From: Oculina patagonica
Lineage: Eukaryota
Assembly: GCF_052425735.1 (NCBI RefSeq)
Contig: NC_135771.1
Coordinates: 124,001 to 188,000 of the forward strand
Length of the DNA: 64,000 nucleotides
Direction of reading: 5' to 3'
Notes under the pieces: generated by a model
Seen by the model: only the letters and a program-made list of their open reading frames with translations
Told to the model about the DNA's origin: nothing
Databases searched by the model: none
Shown: in pieces, positions 49,601 through 64,000 of the stretch
How positions within the stretch are numbered: the stretch's first letter is position 1
Layout: every line of letters starts with the position of its first letter
Made by a program: the position numbers and the translations under genes

Positions 49601-52338
49601 CCCACTTGTACCAAAACACTTGTTGGCAGTCTTCAAGAAGACAGTCGGTAAATAAACTTTGTTATGTTAACAAATCCACCACCCTCCAACTAAAAAACTA
49701 TTCTCCATCACCTTACAGTTAACTGTTAGACATCCTACATCTCACTAAATTCACCACCGACATGTTATACTACGCACCCTCCCCTCCCATCATCATAAAC
49801 ACTGACGCTTGGTTTGATTCATTTCTTAGACTTCTTGTTCAAGTGTAAGCTGACAGCCATGCGTTCTCTGCAGTACTGCTGTTTGTTGATTCCAGTAAAG
49901 AACAGAGAGTTGTTGCAAATGCTTTTGAAATTTATGGTTCGGCTGATGGATAATCACGTGATCACCTTAAGTGATGAATTGCCAACCAAAGAAATGGTGA
50001 GAGAATTAATTGTATTGCTAGAAAGGCACCAATTAAAAATTTCCAAGTTTGAGTTCGATTTGGCTTATTTCATTTTCGAGATACTTGAAAGACCAGTTAT
50101 TTTTATGCGAAAAAAGATGAGAGACTAACAGGAAAGCTGATTGGCACAGGGGGCGCTTATAAGAAAGGAAGTGCTTATTGGAAAGAGAACCATTGCGTAG
50201 GATGCGATCGGGCGTTCTTTTTTTATCGCGTGTCACGAAAAACAAATAAAATGCCTGATCAGATGGCAGATTATTCCAAGTTTGAAACTTTTGATCACCT
50301 TTCGTTACTGTTTTTCGAGTCTTCCATAAAATTTTTCCTTTTTTTCGTTTCATGATGATGATGATGATGATGACAGCTTATCCAGTCGTTTAGTCGCGCC
50401 ATATTTGGTGTAACTGCAGACATGGATGCCATTAGGCTTGTATACTTTATGATGGAAACGTTTCCTGAATTTTTCAAGGTAAGGACGTGGTTTTATAATG
50501 CATGAATTTCATTTAGACAAATGGGCTTTAAACCATGACTAGGTGCAGGCTAAACTGCATTATATATAACCGGAAAGTTCCGAAGGTAGCGATAAACTAT
50601 CACGGTTGTTTGCAAATCCGAAAGTAACGAGTTATGGGGTAACTTGACTTCTCAGTATTAAGAAACAATGAAATATCAAATCTAACATGTTGTAATACAT
50701 TTATGCGTATCGATGTTTGACTGTTCACAGCCCTCTATTTTTTCGATCGATGAGCGCGGGGAAAGAACGGCGAGAGAACTCCACGCCAGCCCAAAACGTC
50801 CCTCGCGCTTCGCGCTCACGCTCGCTTCGCTCGCCGGCCTCGCCGATTCTCTCGCTTTTTTGTGTTGAAAAATAGAGAGGCTGTGGACAGTCTATATCGA
50901 TGTGAGACAAATTGATATATGTATATTATAAGGCTAAAAGAAAACGGTAAAAATATCATAAAAGTCGACCTTACGTTTTCGACTTATTTTCGTCACTCTA
51001 CATTACCGTCTTTATCCAGCGTGCTGTTGACTGATGTGCAGATGTGCAGTCAGTTTTTGAATTGCCGTACTTCAAAGACTTCGTTAGTACGACGATTGCT
51101 CAGTAAAACAAAATAACACAGGTTCTCTGCAGCAAGAGAGGCAACCCGGGGTGTTACGCGAGGAAAGTGCTTGCTTATGCACTCTAAAACGGCAGTATTT
51201 TTTTGTCATGACTTTTTTTGGGAGAAAAACACAAAGCTGTATTTCCTGTAGCAAATCGTCTGATTGCATTTATTTTTGTTTGCCTGTATTACTATTGCAA
51301 TTGCAGAATCCTGAGGGACTTGAGTTTCAAGTAGAACAGCGCCTCTTATTCCTAAAGAATTGCCGAGAAAACAAGGTTCGTCGATGCACTATAATCATTG
51401 TATAATGTGCACGAGTTCGACAAAAAGTCAAAAACAAAAAAACTATACTTATGAATCAAAACGTAAAAAGGATGACCAAAAATGCAACAAATTCCCTGTG
51501 ATGGTTCCTTTGTAATTGTGTGACACTCACCTCATGTCAAGTAGAGAACGTCAACAAAAGTTGCCAAAAATACTTGTGTCGCTTTGACATGATGTTTTGT
51601 TTTTTAGTTCTCTGTGCCATCGGAAGGACCCGTTGTGTCCTTTTGTGAACGGGTCACGCCACAAGAGTACAAGGAACAATCTTTAATGACATCACAACGT
51701 TCCTTGAAGGACCTTCTCAACAGAATCGTTGAAGATGAGAGTTTAAACGCAAAGGACAGAAAAAAGCAACTGAAACAGGTACGGTTTCTTTTCTCAGGCT
51801 CAGATACAGATAACCGTTTTAAAAAAGCTGTTCTACTGAAAAGTTTCAATACCACCCTCTTCAAGGCCAATACGTGCTAAGAGGCGCTTTTATTAGCTGA
51901 TCGCCGCTAATGTTATTGTAGCTCTCGGTAAGAAAAAAAAATATTTCCATGCCATTCTTGGTTGGGTTATCACACTTTCCCATAATTGAGCGCCGTAAGG
52001 CTGATTTAACAAATAGCCAGCAGTGAACGTACTATACACCAACAAAGTGGACTTCAAGTGCGGATCCTTGTGACGGGGCTGGGCGCGGTCTGGCTGAACC
52101 TGTGCACGGTTCTAAGCTTTGAATAGAGGCTTTATATCGCTTTTATAGCTTAGTCAGAGATAAATGATGTCTGATTACTGCGTTTTGTTTTGTTTGTTAG
52201 TTTGAGAAGTCGTATCCTGACATTTACCAAGCAAAGTTCCCTGGAGACAACCTATCAACTTGTTCACAGAGGTCGCAGAGGTCAGAGAAACTAAGACAAG
52301 TTATGAAGCCGCTGGCAATGCTCAAGAACTTGCGGTAA
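46622..52338 (+). CDS. DEPDC1: DEP domain-containing protein 1-like (DEP plus RhoGAP-like domain)
   Basis: Exons 46622-46684, 46858-47606, 48425-48534, 49335-49388, 49498-49647, 49830-49996, 50377-50478, 51307-51375, 51608-51778, 52201-52338. Motifs GPFSATKLWNEV, FVASEALDWL, LPQWLISAMKCLIHWP, YTGFERDVFK, LQYCCLLIP, SFCERV, KKQLKQFEKSYPDIY. Confidence 0.9.
48631..48804. mobile_element. hAT-like MITE with 5-bp TSD
   Basis: CAGTGGCAGATC...GAACCGCCACTG flanked by TTATT on both sides. Confidence 0.7.
49045..49136 (+). mobile_element. 92-bp insertion carrying a minimal hammerhead ribozyme motif, with 10-bp flanking duplication
   Basis: CACTAAGAAT at 49035-49044 and 49137-49146. Inside: aga-CTGAAGA-A-GGGG-ttt-CCCC-GAAAC-GTC-tct (49060-49092), then hairpin CTTATTTGT/ACAAATAAG. 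Confidence 0.7.
50719..50892. mobile_element. Short MITE
   Basis: Inverted ends GACTGTTCACAGCCCTCTATTTT / AAAATAGAGAGGCTGTGGACAGTC. Confidence 0.6.
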
Positions 52339-52447
52339 CAACGTGATAACAGGAATCGGTCTGATAACACTCAAGTCACACAAACCTGACTAGAACTGAT
52401 ACTCCAACGCCTGCTCCAAAACTAAATGTCCGAGGAAAGATTAGACC

Positions 52448-52543
52448 CTAGTAGCAGACGTTCTTTTAGCTCGTCACGCAATCACGTTCGTTGGGGAGGA
52501 AAGATTGCGTGACGAGTCAAAAGAACATCTGCGTAGGAGGCTA
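52448..52543. repeat. Short palindromic MITE-like repeat downstream of the DEPDC1 stop
   Basis: GCAGACGTTCTTTTAGCTCGTCACGCAATC / GATTGCGTGACGAGTCAAAAGAACATCTGC inverted pair; a related half copy lies at ~5445-5487. Confidence 0.55.
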
Positions 52544-53349
52544 AATAAGTATTTTAGTGCGCGTAGGTAACCTACATAATTATTCTTTTGGAGTTTTTAT
52601 TCTAGTCACTTCTATCACTTTTATTCCAGTCCTTTTATCTACATAGATATTTTTGTACAAGAATTTTTCCTTTTGGCCGCTTGGCCCCTTTTTAAAAAAG
52701 TTATAATTTTCCTCAAGCAAAATGAAAAGGCCTTAATCTGGCCTTTGCGATGTTTGAAATCATCCATTTTTTTTTAAATTTCATATAAAGAGATTGTTTT
52801 ATTTTTATTATATAACGTAAAATTCCGCTTATAAGCGCTAGGCTTGTACAGCTTCTTAAGGGGTTCTCGATTATGTATCATAATTTGGGAACAATGTTCT
52901 TATCGTCATAAATATTAACAATTCTGTCAACACATTCTTTTTTCAAGAAGACAAGTTCTGAGCGATAATTTCTAAGAATTGTTTTATCACCTCATTTTAA
53001 TTTTCGGTTCTGCAATTAGAACAGATATATATCACGTACTCATCATCATTTATAACAATATATGCTATTTTGGTAAGAAAATAAATTGGGAATCAAAACA
53101 CTTGGTTTGTCTTCTCTGCGATTCTTCCTTGTTCAATATTTCAAAACTCATCGTCAAAATTTATCATTATACTCCACAGCTAAAGAGCATCCTCTCTTGT
53201 GTGCATCACACTTTGTTATTCCATTTGTTTTAAATTCCCTCTTTCCCATTTAAAATTTATCATACACCCTAAGAAATTGACGATTTCTCTGTCATCTTCA
53301 CAGTCATCCATTGTTCTATTCATCAAAGCGGGTCATCATGGCCTGAGTT

Positions 53350-54777
53350 CTAAGCGCCAGTATTGTGTTCAACCTTGCATGATCCAGTTTGTATACAGTC
53401 TGCAATATTTTCCGCTTGATAAACTCCTGTTAAGTATCCACCATGAACGTAACCATTATACAACTCGTCAGTTGCTTCGCCGGAGAAAAACACGCGCCCG
53501 ACTGCCTTCCGAAGACTGACGTAATCGTCGCTGGATATTCCGATTGGTAGGTTTGCCCATGATCCGAAGAAATACTTATTGAGCCCCCATCTTGGATAGT
53601 AAATGTCTATTGGGTCGGGAATGCTTGAATCATAAATGCCTCTTAATACTTCCATGATTTCCTTGAGGGTTTGTTCGTCAGTCTGGTATGCTAGTCTCTC
53701 TGACTCCTCTCCAGTCACTGTGATCAGAAGCATATTGGTTCCCTTTGGTAGACGAGAATCAGCTTCCATATTCTGCATCATAGAATAGTAACCTCTTCTT
53801 TTAGAAGCGTAAAGAATATACTCCTCGTCATCCCAGAATTTCGAGGGAAACTTGACAAAAATCTTAGTATATACAACCATATTTAGCTTGAAGATCGCCT
53901 CTAATTTCCAGTTAGGCAGTTTAGGTGTGAACTGAACCAGTCCGCTTTTCAGTACACCGATACTGAACGTCACAAGAGCGTAATCTGCAGTGTACACATC
54001 ACCATTGTCGGTAGTGACGTAAACACCGTCATCGTTCCATTTGACTTCTTTCACTGTTGTATTCAACTGCAACCGCGAATCCCCGGGTTCCAGAAACATG
54101 TCAGCTAAACAATTCACAATATGAACGTACCCCCTGGAGTCAGTAACAAAGAACTGTTCGCCCCCAACTGAGTGAATGCTCCCATTATCGGCTATCCACG
54201 TCCTCAGTGATACGTATTTGGGTGGAACTGCATATTCAAAGTCGTATTCAAAATATTCTGTAGCCATTTCTTCTGGACAGGAAGGAACCCAGTTAGCAAG
54301 TCGAAGACCGACTCTAGCGGAGATATCCTCTTTTTTCAACTTCCGGCGGGTGTCTTGCATCTGGTCCATAATGTCCTCATCATGTTTCAAAAGGCTCATT
54401 TTTCCTTTCTCAGTTGTATTAAATCCAGTTTCGTTTCTAATCACAAATGATCTGTTTTCGAGCTTTCCTTCCAATCCACATTGTAGCGCTAATTTTTCGA
54501 TGGGATTTCCCTTGATCCCTTGAATCCAGTTTGCTCCAAGTTCAATTGTGGTGTTGTGAAATGTCATCTTTCTTATCCTTCCACCAATCCTGTCTGTTCC
54601 TTCCAAGATAATGAAATCTTTGATTCCCTTATCGCTCAGTGTTTTTGCTGCGGCAATTCCTGATATTCCACCACCAAGAACCAAGACGGTTGCATTTCTT
54701 TCTTTTGCTGTAACATGGTTTATGATGGTAGCAAAGGCCAGGAAGGAGAGCAAATATACCGAATAAGCGCTGGCCAT
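53350..54777 (-). CDS. Secreted FAD-dependent polyamine oxidase of the maize PAO1 type, single exon, 475 aa
   Basis: Likely start MASAYSVYLLSFLAFATIINHVTA (signal peptide; ATG at 54777). Motifs GGGISG FAD site, ILEGTDRIGGR, ELGANWIQG, YDFEYAVPP, VYTKIFVKFP, LYASKRRGYY, GEATDELYNGYVHGGYLTG. Confidence 0.92.
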   Translation of the reverse strand: MASAYSVYLLSFLAFATIINHVTAKERNATVLVLGGGISGIAAAKTLSDKGIKDFIILEGTDRIGGRIRKMTFHNTTIELGANWIQGIKGNPIEKLALQCGLEGKLENRSFVIRNETGFNTTEKGKMSLLKHDEDIMDQMQDTRRKLKKEDISARVGLRLANWVPSCPEEMATEYFEYDFEYAVPPKYVSLRTWIADNGSIHSVGGEQFFVTDSRGYVHIVNCLADMFLEPGDSRLQLNTTVKEVKWNDDGVYVTTDNGDVYTADYALVTFSIGVLKSGLVQFTPKLPNWKLEAIFKLNMVVYTKIFVKFPSKFWDDEEYILYASKRRGYYSMMQNMEADSRLPKGTNMLLITVTGEESERLAYQTDEQTLKEIMEVLRGIYDSSIPDPIDIYYPRWGLNKYFFGSWANLPIGISSDDYVSLRKAVGRVFFSGEATDELYNGYVHGGYLTGVYQAENIADCIQTGSCKVEHNTGA

Positions 54778-63509
<8,732 letters not shown>

Positions 63510-63658
63510 AGATCTAACCAGGTGCATTCTTGTTCATAATACTTCACAAATATCCATTAACAACAAATTCCCTCTCATATTTACAAATAAAGACAACACA
63601 ACACTGGCAGTAAATGGGACTATGGACACTGGGTGCTCCCTGGGATAGCAACAAGCGA

Positions 63659-63868
63659 GGGTGGTAGCAACACACCCTGATAAGCGTAATTGGGTGGTTA
63701 GCGAACAGCACCCTGCAAACTAAGTGGGGCGGTTAGCGGACACAAACCCCAAAGCACAAACTTGGGCGGTTAGCGGACACACCCAGATAAAGTGAATGGC
63801 GACAGCAACCCTTGGGCGGTTCGCGGGCACGCCCAGTGAATGAATGGGGTGGTTAGCGAACTCATCCA
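63659..63868. repeat. Array of six ~19-25 bp hairpin repeats (GGGYGGTTAGCGRACACACCC) with unique spacers
   Basis: Copies at 63659, 63692, 63726, 63763, 63813 and 63845. Confidence 0.7.
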
Positions 63869-64000
63869 GAGAATGAAGCCCCCCGACCCAGTTAGGTAGC
63901 TAAAGATAAGGTGGGCTAAGGGACCCACCCAACCTGCCACGGGCGATGGCTAAGTGGAAGGTGTGCACCCAGGCCAGTAGTCCAAGTTTATTGTAAAGGG

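Noticed and set aside
63659-63868. CRISPR array
   Set aside because: Repeats are degenerate, spacers are short and uneven, there are no cas genes, and the context is eukaryotic.

Overview
AT-rich eukaryotic DNA with spliceosomal introns. It is most likely a cnidarian, probably a stony coral; this is inferred from gene and repeat style only. In order, the window holds: (1) the 3' part of an OSBPL9/ORP9 gene (+, ends 11312); (2) a ~34 kb head-to-tail array of five ~6.79 kb units (12222-46179), each with a complete 8-exon secreted DNase I-family gene, a hammerhead-ribozyme-like motif and a hAT-derived element; (3) a DEPDC1-like gene (+); (4) an intronless, secreted, maize-PAO-type polyamine oxidase (-), head-to-head with (5) membralin/TMEM259 (+); (6) a hairpin-repeat array at the right edge. 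The predicted DNase is 464 aa: signal peptide, ~50-aa propeptide with KR/KKRR, an intact catalytic domain and a ~125-aa basic C-terminal domain I do not recognise. The duplication breakpoint falls inside the hAT element. Introns carry MITEs, SINEs, a THAP-remnant Kolobok-type foldback element and a 92-bp hammerhead-containing insertion. The best candidate for an undescribed system is the recently amplified pro-DNase I array. All exon boundaries were read by eye; no searches were run.
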